Source of the DNA: Vicugna vicugna
Lineage: Eukaryota
Assembly (NCBI GenBank): GCA_013265495.1
Contig: MU057658.1
Location: forward strand, 10,949-74,948
Direction of reading: 5' to 3'
DNA length: 64,000 nt
Shown here: positions 13,690 to 25,620 of the stretch, piece after piece
Position numbering within the stretch: position 1 is the stretch's first letter
Layout of the letters: every line of letters starts with the position of its first letter
The notes under the pieces: model-generated
What the model was told of the DNA's origin: nothing
The model's input: the letters and a program-made list of their open reading frames with translations, nothing else
Databases searched by the model: none
Program-made: the position numbers and the translations under genes

Positions 13690-14665
13690 TACTGAAGAAA
13701 AATTGTGTTTGAAAATTGTGCAAGAACGTTGGTGGGATCTCCTCTAAGGCTCAGCACTGCTAGGGAAGGGATGCACCTGTCGCAATTTGATGTATCCTGC
13801 ACCTTGTTCTGCCGGAGAGGAGCGTCCATTTGCTCTTCCCTCCAGGGGACCTCCTGGGGCCTCTGCCTGCTCACGTTGTCACCAGGGCTGGTTGTCACCG
13901 GGCTAAAGACCTACCAGTGTGATGGTGGCCAATGCTGTCTCTGCAGTCTGTCTGTCTGCCTGTGTCCTCACCTGAGAGGTCGAGCATCTCTAGCACACAC
14001 CGGCCACCAGCACTGCCTCTCGTTGGAACTGCCTGTGTGTGTTTAGTTTCTTTTCAGATCACTGGGCTTCAAGAGGTTTTTGGACCACAGGGATGTGAAG
14101 CTTTTCTCCGCCCTTGGGTCATGAGGAAAGTTGTTCCAGGCTGTGGTTTGTCTTTCCAGCTGTCTTTCTTGGCCTTTGTTTTCTGTTTTTGTTTGCTTTT
14201 ATTTTGCCACAAGAAGAGCTAAGCATCTCCCTTCTGGCTCTGGTTTCACACTTAGAACAGCAGTGCCTACCCCGAGATTATGCCAGAGTTACTAAAAGGG
14301 TACGTCTCATCTTTAATCCAGCTGGTTTTCCTCTCAAAATACAAAAATGCTAATTCACATGAAAAACAAACAAAATTTCACCCGTCCCTACTTAAGATAT
14401 GTGGGCAGACAAAAAAAAAACACCTTTTATATGATTTCTTTGATAAGGAACCTCCAGGATAGGTAAAGATATATAGAGAGAAAGGGGATTAGGGCTTGTC
14501 ATGGGCTGGGGGAGGTAGGATGTGAGGTTTGCTTTGTATACAAGCTTTTACTTTGAGGAAGGAAATAGTCTGAAACCAGTGGTGTTGGTCTCACAGCATT
14601 GTGAATGCACTTAATGCTCCTGAAAATTGCACAATTTAAAATGGGAGAAGGCTAAACTTTATTCT
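13690..14665 (+). repeat. Local direct duplication, copy 2
   Basis: Same order of shared motifs as 10190-11185, offset about 3.5 kb. Confidence 0.85.
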
Positions 14666-14694
14666 TATTATCTTAAAACAAAAATAGAATATAC

Positions 14695-15393
14695 TATAAT
14701 AGAAAAGAAAAAATACGACTCCATAGAAGATCTGTCCTTTTGGCTTTAACCGTGTGCCCTCTTTTCTAGGTTTAGTCTTACTAGCTCTGCACATTTTGTA
14801 AAACAATGTTGCCTTTAGCCTGAAATATACAGGAGAGCCTTTTTTCAAGGCTCTGATCTTTAAGGATATTAACAATTTTGCACTTATATAAAGACAACAA
14901 GTTGCAGAATAGGAAATAACTTTTGCTTTTGTTAGAGATTTTACAGAGGCACTATGACCTGGTCTACGTAGACAGCTGTAGACCAAGATTATGGCAGACT
15001 TGGAGAACCATCTTACCCGTCAGACTTCACGCTCCTTTACTAAAAAGGGGAGGGGCTGTGGTTGGTTGTTGCAAACTTCTTATTGTAGGATTTCTTTGTT
15101 CATGGAATCTTTGCAGCTATCCACGTGTGTCAGATCATGGTTTCCCTGTAAAACCTGCAACAAAACAAACTTTTTCTATTCTGCAACTTGTTATCTTTAT
15201 AGAAGTGCAGAAGTGTTAATATTCTTAAAGTTCAGAGCCCTGAGAATAGGCTCTCCTGTTTATTTCAGGCTAAAGGCAACATTGTTTTACAAAAGGAGCA
15301 GAGCAAGCAAGACTAAGCCTAGAAAACACGGCAGAAGGTTAAAGGAAAATGAACATATCCAATATGGAGTCAGATTTGTTCTTCTCTATTACA
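14695..15393. mobile_element. Two partial ERV-type LTR copies fused tail-to-tail (inverted repeat)
   Basis: 14695-14980 (+) matches the reverse complement of ~15110-15393. Both start T(G/A)TAATAGA(G/A)AAGAA.AAAT..GACTCCATA. The ORF track gives near-identical peptides on opposite strands (GSPVYFRLKATLFYK). Confidence 0.75.
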
Positions 15394-16499
15394 GTGACTT
15401 TTGGTGAGAGCTAAGAGGATGATTCCTGGGTGGGTCCTCCACTGTCCCAGGCTGGAGTTCAGGCAGGATCCCTTCCAGATTCCCCATGAGTTTGGACCTG
15501 ATCTCCCGCAGATAGAGTGACAATTATTGGATTAAAATTACCTGTGAAAATCCCTTCAATTGCCTGAAAACTATATCACAGTAGGGGATGTCTCATTCAC
15601 CAGTCAACTGCCAGTCTCCCCTGATGCAAGGGACCAGCGTAGCGGCGGGATCCATGGTGGCCTGGACAGTGCACCTTCCTATTTTGCTCTCCAGTCTTGG
15701 CTTCCTAACTTTGATGCTTTGAAAGCCCCGTCCCTCTTCCCTCTGGCCTGGTGTGAATGAACAAGATTCCTGCACCCACCTGGGCTGAGCCCAGGCCACG
15801 CACACAGCCGCATGCACACAGCCCACCATCTGCTGTCTATCCCTGGGCTCAAGTGGACCCTCTGAACTACCTCACCCCAAAGGTCCGCGTGCCCAGTGCC
15901 TCCGCCCTAGGGGTCCAGATCACCATGAGGACCATCAACCACCCAAGGCCCACAGGCCATTGGCTGGCAGCCTGGGATCACCCTGACCCATCGGGTCAGA
16001 TGAGACACAGGGTGCAGGGATCAGGGTGCCAGGGTGGGAATTGGAACCGCCTTCAGCCCAGCCTGCCTCGCCCTGTAGCCTCAGACATTAACTATGAAGG
16101 TGCACACTAGGCTGGGTCCCCCACTGGTGGCAGTAGTCATCATTACTGGAGCCCGGATTTCCCCACCCCAACCACAGAATCAGGGGTGAGGGAATGAGCT
16201 CAGAGTAGGGGTGCACTCAGAGTGAGGGGGATCCCATGGTGAGGGGGTGTAGGTTGAGGAGTGTGGGGCCCACTCAGAGTGGAACTGACCTGGCTCAGAG
16301 GTGAGGGGGACAGTTTCAGGAAGTTGGGAGTCCTGTGGTGAGGCATGAGGGTGTAGGGGCCATAGGTTAAGATCTAGCAGGACGGAGTGTCAGGGCACGG
16401 ACCTCGGTGTGAGGAGAAGAAGCCCTGTCTTCAAGGTCTGGTGGGAAACTGGGCCTGGCCAGGGGTGGGAGGGTAGTAACAGGGAGGGATAGGTGAGCA

Positions 16500-17450
16500 G
16501 GGGAAGTGGGGCTGGCGGGGTGGGGCCTGGCCCAGGACAGTCGCGGTTCTAGTTCAGTGCCAGGACTCAGTCTGTGGCGGGGTGAGGGCTCTGGGGATGG
16601 AGACCCGGCGGGACGAGCAGGAGGGGCCCCACCTGGCTCCTCCCGGCCCCAGTGGCCAGGGCCAGTAAAGCAGGAGACCCACCCGAGCAGTTTGCTCTGC
16701 AGGCGGGAGAAGGAGGGGCGCGCACGCGCAGACGCACAGACGCGCGGACGCCGGAAGCCGCCCAGAACGCGTGGAAGCTGGCGGCAGCCGGTTGCTCCTG
16801 GACCAGCTCCTGGAAGAGGAACACGACCTGGGGTCTGGACCGCCGCTTGCCCTCGGCTTGGCTGCCGCTGCCGGGCAGTTCAGGGGGCGCTGGTGGGGGC
16901 GCGCTGCTCGGGGATCCGGCGGGTGACGCCTGGGCTGTGCAGCTGAGGATGAGCACAGGGAGGGATGCGGAGGTGAGGTCCTGGCCACGCGTCCCGTTAG
17001 GACCCTGCGGCGGGTCCCAGCCGCCGCTGTGGTTCGTGGTAACCCCGCTATTAGTAGTTCCTGAACCCCGCGTTTGTGCCGCCGCTTAAACCCGGGTTTA
17101 GGAGAGCAGGTACAGCCCAGGGAGGTGGGAGGGCGCCGGACGGCTCCGGAGCATCTCCGATTGTCCCTCAGACCACGGCCTGCTCCTGGGAGGTGGGTGC
17201 GGTGCGGTCGCGGGGCCTCGGATGGAATGGGGGCTGCCCCATGAGAGCCCCTGGATTTACTCCCATCTTCCCCATGGCCTGACCTTGGGGGCGGCCTCTA
17301 AAGCCCAAGGTTCGTGGGACTCAGATTACAGGTCAGTCTGCTCCTGGGAGGTGGGCGCGGTGCGATCAGTGTGCTGGGATGGCTGCAGCAGCAGCGGGAT
17401 ATGGTCGCAACCCCCGCGCTCTCACAGGGCAGCCCCAATCCCGCCATCGC
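16500..17450. promoter_or_regulatory. CpG island / candidate promoter with an NRF1-type motif
   Basis: High GC with dense CpG against a CpG-depleted background. CGCGCACGCGCA at 16719-16730 fits YGCGCAYGCGCR. Candidate + strand donor GAG|gtgagg at 16972/16973. Confidence 0.55.
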
Positions 17451-18010
17451 AGCTGCCACCTTTCCCTGACAGCACAGCACCCACCTTCCAGGAGCAGGCT
17501 GACCTGTAACCTGAGTTCCACGAACCTGGAGCAGCAGAGGCCAAGCTCAGGCCATGCGCTGGGGAGTTTGAAGCAAATCCACGGGCTCCCAAGGGCAGAC
17601 CCCATAACCCGCCACTGCCTTCGACCACACAGCGCCCTCCTCCCGGGAGCAGGCTGACCTGCGGACCGTGCCTGGAGCAGCAGAGGCCAAGCCCTTGACA
17701 GGCCGTGGGGGAGATGGGGGCAAGTCCACCAGCTTGCCAGTTCCCTGCCTATCACCCTGCCGCTGCCCCAGGTTCGTGGATCACTTGTTTTCAAGTCAGT
17801 GGGTTCCTGAGGGGCAGGCGCGGTGCAGTCAGGTGACGGGGGCTGCGGGGAGGGGTGCTGCCCCAAGGGGAGCAGGTGGACTTGCTCCCATCTACCCTAG
17901 GGCCATACCTGGGGACGGCATCCGCTGCCCCAAGTTTGCAGGACGCATGTCATGTCAGCCTGTCCCTGGGAGGAAGGCTCAGTGTACTCGGGGCAGCCTA
18001 AGTGGCTGAC
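17170..18010. repeat. Array of six ~158-bp GC-rich units in mixed orientation
   Basis: Core ctgctcctgggaggtggg(t/c)gcggtgcg at 17180 and 17338, reverse-complement copies near 17473-17546 and 17628-17731, and more diverged forward copies from ~17768 and ~17929. Confidence 0.75.
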
Positions 18011-18084
18011 AAGGGTTTTAGAAGTGGGCTCTAGCCCAGCATAACTAACTCTCCTTTCTTCTCTTGTTTCCTCAGTTGGTGGCT

Positions 18085-19228
18085 GTATCGGCTTTCTCAT
18101 TATAGGTTATTGCTGGATAATGAACATAGGTTTCTGTGCTATACAGAAGAAATTTTATTTAAAATCTCTTTTTATATATAGTGGCTAACATTTGTAAATC
18201 TTGAACTCCCAAATTTGTCCCTTCCCATCCCCTTTCCCTGGTAACCTTAAGATTGTTTACTAAGTATGCAAGTCTGTTTCTGTTTTGTAGATGAGTTCAC
18301 AGTGTCTTTTTCTCTCTTTTTTTAGATTGCACATATGAGTGGTATCATTTGTTATTTTTTTGTTTCTGGCTGCTTTCACTAAGAATGACGATCTCTAGCT
18401 CCATCCATGTTGCTTCAAATGGTTTTATTTTGTCCTATTCATGGTGGAGGAATATTCCAGTGCATAAATATGCCACAACTTCTTTATCCAGTCATCTGTT
18501 ATGATATTTAGCTTGCCTCCATTTCTCGGCTATTTTATACAGTGGTGCTATGAATACTGGTGTGCAGGTATCTTTTCACATTGGAGTTCTTTCCAGTTAT
18601 ATACCCAGATGTGGGATTGCTGGGTCATAGGGTAAGTCTACTTTTAGTTTTATCAGGGATTTCCATGCTTTCCATAATGACTACACCAAACTGGATTCCC
18701 ACCAGCAGCGTAAGAGGGTACCCTTCCCTCTACAGCCTCTCTAGCATTTATCATTCATGAACTTCTGAGTGATGGCCATTCTAACTGGTGTCAGCTGATG
18801 CTTCATTGCAGTTTTGATTTCAATTTCTCTGTTTATTAGTGATACTGAGCATTTTTTTATGTGCCTATTGGCCATTTGTGTCTTCATTGGAGAAATGCTT
18901 GTTTAGGTCTTCTGCCTATTTTTGGATTGGGTTGTTTGTTTTTTTGTTATTAAGTTGTATGAGCTGTATATATATTCTGAAAATTAAGCCTTTGTTAGTC
19001 GTATCATTTGCAAATATTTTCTCCCATTCGTAGGTTGTTGTTTCCTTTTGTTTTATTTATGGTTGCCTTTGCTGTGAAGAAATTTATGAGTTTAATTACG
19101 TCCCTTTTGTTTATTTTTTTCTCTTATTTCCATTGCCTGGGTAGATTGCCCTAGGAGAACGTTGCTAAGATTTATGTCAGAAAATGTTTTGCCTATGTTT
19201 TCTTTAGGAGGTTTATCATGTCTTGTCC
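18085..19228 (-). mobile_element. 5'-truncated lineage-specific L1 (~1.1 kb) at the block A/B boundary
   Basis: L1 3'UTR/ORF2 end on the minus strand (tctagctccatccatgttgc, gatactgagcatttttttatgtgcctattggccatt); similar to 37300-38150. Confidence 0.88.
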
Positions 19229-22200
19229 ATCTGCATCTTAAGCCTGTACTCTAGATCTGTGCTTCAGACTTGAATATTGAGCTTCTTAGGGAACTCCTAC
19301 TCTTAGCTCATATGTCAGATTCATCATGTCTAAAGCTGATTTCCTAATCTTTTTTCTTGCAGCGTCTTCACTTATTCAGTGGGATAATCATTCTTCCGGT
19401 CTTGAATACCCAAAGGCTTGGAATGGTTTTGATTTATATTTCTCTCACCACCCTCCACATATTGTCGGCTTCTGGAACTGTATGTTTTTGGTTTCAAGTG
19501 TCTCTTCAGATTGCTGATACTCTGATGAAGAGCTTTCATCCCTGATACATTAATTTTTCCTTCTGCTGAATTCTTGGATATTCTCTCCCCCCTTTTTCAG
19601 TCAACCTACAGTTTTGACACTCCAACATCTAGAGTCAAGTCAAAGACTTACGACAACCAGACCTGAGCCAGGTAGTCTTGACCTTTCATCATTTTGGACT
19701 TACCTTATATTTTCCAATAATTATGTAACTTAGCCTCCTAGGGTAACCTGTGCCTTATTAAAAACCAGGATTCACCAGCCTTTTCCTATCCAGTCCTCAG
19801 TTAAAACAGCTTAGAATTGCCCTGAGAACTAGTTGGAGCCCCATCCCCTTCATAGAGTCTTCCCTTTTTACTCCAAATACTTCTAGCTCCTCTTTGTATT
19901 CCTGCACTGTTTATGATAGGTAGCCTGTAATCTTGGCTTTGAGTACTGACTTGGTACCATTCCCAGGTGGTTTCCAATGTGTCTCCTCACTTACCTCGTA
20001 ACTGGAGAAGACTCCCTTGTTCAGCCTCCTTTATACCCCTCACCCTGCATAGCATCGGGCAATAGCAGGCATCCAGGCAGTGCTTATCTACTTTATTTAT
20101 TCGCAGGGGTGGTGGTGTGGATTATAGCCAATAACTGTTAATTCAGTGTTGCAATTAAAAATGAAAGCCAAGAAAAGCCATAAAACTTTATCTCCATGTT
20201 CATTTTAGCACTTTACCTCAACAGTTTTCTTAAGTTTGTGTTTACATTCACATAGCGTTCAGTGCTTGTACAGTTCCCTGAGGCAAGCAGGTGAAATGTC
20301 ATTATGTTTGACTTTCACCTTACAATTCATATTGGATATATTTGTGCAATGACAAAACCTTCTTTTATAAGTAAACAGCCGGAAGCCCAGAGAGACTAAG
20401 AGCCTAACCCAGGGTCACCTGGTTAGTGTTTGGCACAGGCCAGGACCGCAGTTCACATCTTCCAGCTGATCCTCTTCCAGTGCCTTTTCATTCCACTGCT
20501 GGGAAATGTAGCCCCATCGGCCAAATGGCCAAGTCACATTCCTGCCCCTTTACCTGCCATTGATGGCAGTGCTACAAAAAGTGGCAAAGGAAAGGTCAGA
20601 AATAGGAGTGATAAAAGACATGGAAGTGCTGGAAATGGATCCTCAACCTCCTCCTCCCTATTTGAGCGCCTCATAAGTGTCCCAATGTGACAATGCTTTT
20701 CATTGTTTATAACATAGTCTTTAAAATCAGACTGATCTTTTATATGACCTGTTTTTGTCCTGGTCCCTTTCCAGGTAGTAGTCACCATCATGGGCAGAAA
20801 ATGCCTGACTTTTTCTTTTTGTGAAGTAGGTGGGAGGGAAAGTGGGAGAGGGAGCGTGTTGAAATGAAGCCGAGCTTTTTACAGCTCTGTTGTTCTAGGA
20901 CCAGAGCAGTTCCACTCTTGCTTTCATCACCTCTCCACCTCCGAGTCCCAGCCACTCACTCTTGCCTGCTTCCCCACATGCCACGTCCTGGGGGAGGACA
21001 GAGTGGTGGCCAATGCCCCCTCCGCCCTCCGCTCTGGGAGGTGCAGGAGTCTGTTTAACTTTTGAGCTGTTTTGGTACTTGGGCTTTTCCAGCTTTTCTA
21101 GACATCTCCTTTCCAGCTCTGAGCAATTGGAGATGTAACTTAACCATACATGGGCTATACTAATGTATTCAGTGGCATTAATGTGATGTTGTCTTTCAGG
21201 TGTTCTGTGACTGGATAGGAGGTTTTTGACTCACAGGATGCTTCACATCCAATTCTAAAGGCCTACAGGATGCAGGTGTAATTCAAGTTCTTACATGTCT
21301 GTAAGGCAAACATGAACAATATTTGATAATATGACCATACGTTCATAGATTACGGTTAGTCCGCCGGCTCTGTATCTAGTAAAAGTTTAAATTCCAAATG
21401 CTTGAAGGAAATTTGCGGACCATGTCTTTTTGCCTGTAACTATTGCAAAAACTGAAATCACAACTCTACCACAAGCCACAGTGTTTCCCAATAGAGAAAG
21501 CCCTCTACATTTACAACCTCTAAGTAATGCGGTGTTTCTTTGGGTGAGATGAGGGATGCCAGAGTATTTTGTTGGGAAACTAGAGTGGCATGACAAGTAT
21601 TCTGGGACTGGTTACACTTGAATCTCTACTTCCTATATCCTGGACTGGTTACAGAGGCAATGTCACAACCGGTAACCAGCTTGTGAATGCAAGTGTAGCT
21701 AGGAAGACAACAGAGAAAATAGAAGGGATATAAAGTAATTGAGGGGCTTCATAGCAGTTCAAATGGTGACTTTGACACCACCAGATTCTCACGTGAACTT
21801 GGCAAGAATTTGTGAGAAGTGGTGGGTGTCATTGCAAGCAGGAGAGTCCTGCAGCTTTTGGGGTGAACAGGCAAAGGGGAGAGCAGATATGGTGGCTACC
21901 CAGGGGCTATTTATGTCCTGAATGTGAAAATGTCTGGTCCACTGTTCAATTTTGCAGCCACAACTTCACGTGACTCAGGGCATTATTTCTACCATAAAAT
22001 CATAAACAACCTCTGTTTCCCAAAGTGTTTGTTCTCAATCTGAGATGATTGTCCTGTGGTGGGAGGTAAGTGGGTGATGGGACCTATTACATCACCCCCT
22101 TTCACTAAAAGTCTATCTCGCTGCTTTTCACCCTACTCCTAGAGGTACTGTCATTCTGTTACACCTAGGCCTGTAAGACGGGCTTGCCTGAATCCTCACG

Positions 22201-23939
22201 TGATGAGGGACGGCTGTGTGCAATTTTAAAAAATTGCTTGGGTCATGAGGTCCTTTGTTCCCTCCATTGGAAATCACTATTCCAGAGCAAATAGTATGCA
22301 TCTATACAAACTATATTGTTTGTAAGGTGTCTTCAGAAGTTTTGTAGTAGGTTTAAATATTTGCTTGGTGATGACATCTTGATTGTTTGAAGGAGGCAAC
22401 CCTCACTAGGGACATTGAGTTCTTCCTGTCTGAGATTTCCTTTACTGGCAGTAGAGTGTTTGTAGGCAGATTTAGAAAGTTACCTGGTCTGAGAAGCCGA
22501 ATTTGCCCGCAGCTGGGAATTGGCAGAAGAGTCAGTTCTGGAAGGAAGGCTTTAGGATTATCTGGTAGCAGAGTTCTGGGATCCAAACCCTGGGAAACCT
22601 CAGCTGTTGTAGAATATGTTCTGTAACAATAGGCTATTGGATAATTTTAACACTTGTTATGGGATGTAGAGTTGGGGAAAGACTTAAAAGTGAAAGAGCC
22701 TTCAAAGAGAATCTCCAAATATTTTAAAGAAGGCAGTTCTCAGAATGAGAGCTTTTCTGGAAAAGAATAGTTCTCCACTTCACAGGGGAAGCAGGGAGCA
22801 GCTGTAACTGCACTTACAGTAACTTAAAAGGTAAACCTTACCCTCCCACTTAGCTGTTTCCTGGTGCACGTTCATCTCCCACATCTGTAGTTTTACACAT
22901 GATGTGTCATTTTCTGGTACTCCATTCTGCTTCTGAGTGAGAGACTGACACAAAGTCACATAGCAATTGAAAAATTGCGCAAAGGAATTTATTGTTAAAA
23001 ATGTAGACCTGTGGCAGGGTGCTGCATTTGCAAGTGACTTTCAGTACAGAGAACACTTAAAAGAATGCAGTGTTATTTCTTTTTTTATTCCCTTAAGCCT
23101 TTGAATAGTAGGTTTTCTTTGCAGAGTTTCTGGAGTACACCAGAACAAGCAGGAACTAAAAATAGCTTTAAGAAAGCACCAGTATAGACGTTGCTTATAC
23201 TATGGTATCTGTATTGAAGTTAATTCTTTAAAGCAGGAAGTTGTAACTCTCAATTTCTTAAGGAACTATAAACATTCTTGACTCTTATTGACATCTTTGT
23301 GGGGTGAAGCTGCTTTTGCTTCCATTCTGAGCATTGAAAGGCCTTCTAGGATACTTCTACCAGTCCTCAGTATTTTATTTTCCCTCTGTTGTGAACTTGT
23401 TATTAAACTTGAAGCAGATTTAAATATCATTAACTTGCTACATATGTAGATATTCAGTGTTACATAGTCAGAAAGTTTGTGTACATCACACGTATCTACA
23501 TAATTCCCCCCTTTCCAACTGTGTTCCTGATGAAAGGATGGTGGAAAATGGCAGTATGGGGATATGTCTTGCAGTACACAGTTTTTCCCATGTTCCCTCT
23601 ACCTGATCTGGATGTTCTTTCATCTTTCAGCTTCTAGACTCACTAGCTCTTTTTCTTAAGCCAGGTGTATCTCATCCCCCTGCGCACACACACATACGTA
23701 CACACACACACACACACATACATTCTGCCGTAGGGAGTAGCGTGCACCATCCCATTCTCCCACTCCAGCTCTGGCCCCACCCACTGGAGGCAGTGTCATG
23801 CACGAATTCATTTGTAAGTTCCTTTTTAAAACTCGAGTGGTTGGGAAATAGGACTGATATCCACACCTTTTAGGCAGGCCCTCAAGGACAACTTCTATGG
23901 TTAATGCCAGGTTATCTTAATATTTAAGTACTTGGGTTT

Positions 23940-24950
23940 CATGTCTTCCTCTACCACCTGTGTGACCCATGATTCCCACATTTCTGTCTCCCGCTAGACT
24001 TTTACTCTCCAACTCTGGACTCTTACAATCTTCTGCTGATTTGACATCTTCACTTGAACCTCTGATATCTTAAAACCAACATGTGTAAAAACTGAGCTCT
24101 TGGTCCTCCTATCCCCCAAACTGGTTCTTCCTGCAGCCTCCCCCATTCAGTTAGTGGAAACTTAATCCTTCCAGCTGCTTGGGTCATAAAACTTTGAGTT
24201 ATTCTGACTTTCACTGACATACCACATGAATTCTGTCAATAGATCTTGTTTAACACTGCCTTTAAAATATATCCAAAACCCAGCCACTTCTTACCATGGC
24301 TCCTGCCTCCACTGCTGCTTCCCTGCCCTGAGCCACTGCCCTCTCCTCCTGCACAGCCCTTCTCAGAGGCTTCCCACCTTTCATCTCTGATCCGTTTCGA
24401 CTATTCTCGCCCGGCAGTCAAGTGATCCTCGAAAACCTAAGTTAGATTCTGTCGTCCTTCTGCAGTGCCTCCCGATTTCACTCCGGGTAAAAGCCACAGT
24501 CCTTACGTCCTCCAAGGCCTTACAGGATCTGCACTGACCCTTCTCTGCAGCTCCAGCCATGCACCCATTCTGGAACATGCGAGGTGCAGGCTGACCTTGG
24601 TGATGGTTATTCCGCTCACCTGGGACTTCTCACCTCCTAGTATTTGTTCTAACCTCAGTCCTCAGTGTGGCCTACTCTGGTATTTAATACAACATCACCC
24701 ACATCCCATACCCTCAACTCTCTTTACCTTGCCCTTTTTTTCATTTTTCCATGGTTCCTCTTTCCTAACATGCCACCTCCTCTGCTGCTCTGTTGTGTGT
24801 ATTGTCATCTCCACCCCCCATCCCAGCTAGACTCCAATCAAGCTCCGTGAGGACAGGACTTTTGTTTTGTTTATTGATCTATTCCAAGTGCCTAGACTAG
24901 TCATGGGTACATAGTAGGCAGTCAAAAATTATTTGCTGAACAAATTAAAA
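23940..24950 (+). mobile_element. L2a fragment including 3' end
   Basis: Ends in an L2 tail: aagctccgtgaggacaggacttttg...gcctagactagtcatgggtacatagtaggcagtcaaaaattatttgctgaa. Confidence 0.75.
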
Positions 24951-25399
24951 GACTTTTTAAACTGAATCATTCTTTCAGGAACAGGTGAGGAAAGGAAGCT
25001 GCATGAAGGAAAATGGTACAGTAAATAATGATCTTTGCCTGTTGTTCTTTGTGTGATATATATATATGTTTTAGTCTTAATTTGGTATCCCAGTTTCTTA
25101 ATTTAATAGCTGAATTAAGGTGTAATTTACAGACCATAAAATTTACACATTATAATTGTACAAGTCAACCATTTTAGCTATTTCTTGAGTTGTGCATCTT
25201 TGTCCTCATAAAGTCCCCTTGTGTCCATCCATATGCAGTTCGCCCTCCCCTCAGTGGCACCATGATATTATCTTTTTTCTTTTTTGGCAATCACATCTCA
25301 AAAGGATAATTTACACAGCAGTAGTAATATAGCTTTGCACTTTTAGAAATGACACACTTAAATATGAAATTAGCGGTCATTGCTGAATGTAGGTAGCAG

Positions 25400-25620
25400 T
25401 ATCAGACATTGGTGAGAAGAATGGACCTGAGTGTCAGACTGGCTGCAGTCTTACCCAGCTCCACCAGTTACCAAGTTACCCAAATTATTTTCTGCCTCAA
25501 GCTCTTTATCTGTTATATGGGGGTAATAATAGCAGCTTACAGAGTTGTTGTGAGGATTAAGCAAACAGGGAAACAAAATTTAGTATAGTGGCCTGCTTAT
25601 GTTATTACCTAAGAAATAGC
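25400..25620 (+). mobile_element. MIR
   Basis: Core tctgcctcaagctctttatctgttatatgggggtaataatag...gttgttgtgaggattaa. Confidence 0.65.

Noticed and set aside
16597..16660. ATGGAGACC... as KLHL2 exon 1 (METPPLPPA)
   Set aside because: It reads METRRDEQEG, matching only three codons, with no donor at the expected position.
16506..18009. Several overlapping 100-166 aa ORFs
   Set aside because: Expected in GC-rich, stop-poor CpG-island and repeat DNA; no recognisable domain.
17170..18010. CRISPR-like array
   Set aside because: Mammalian DNA; the whole unit repeats, with no short identical repeats separated by unique spacers.
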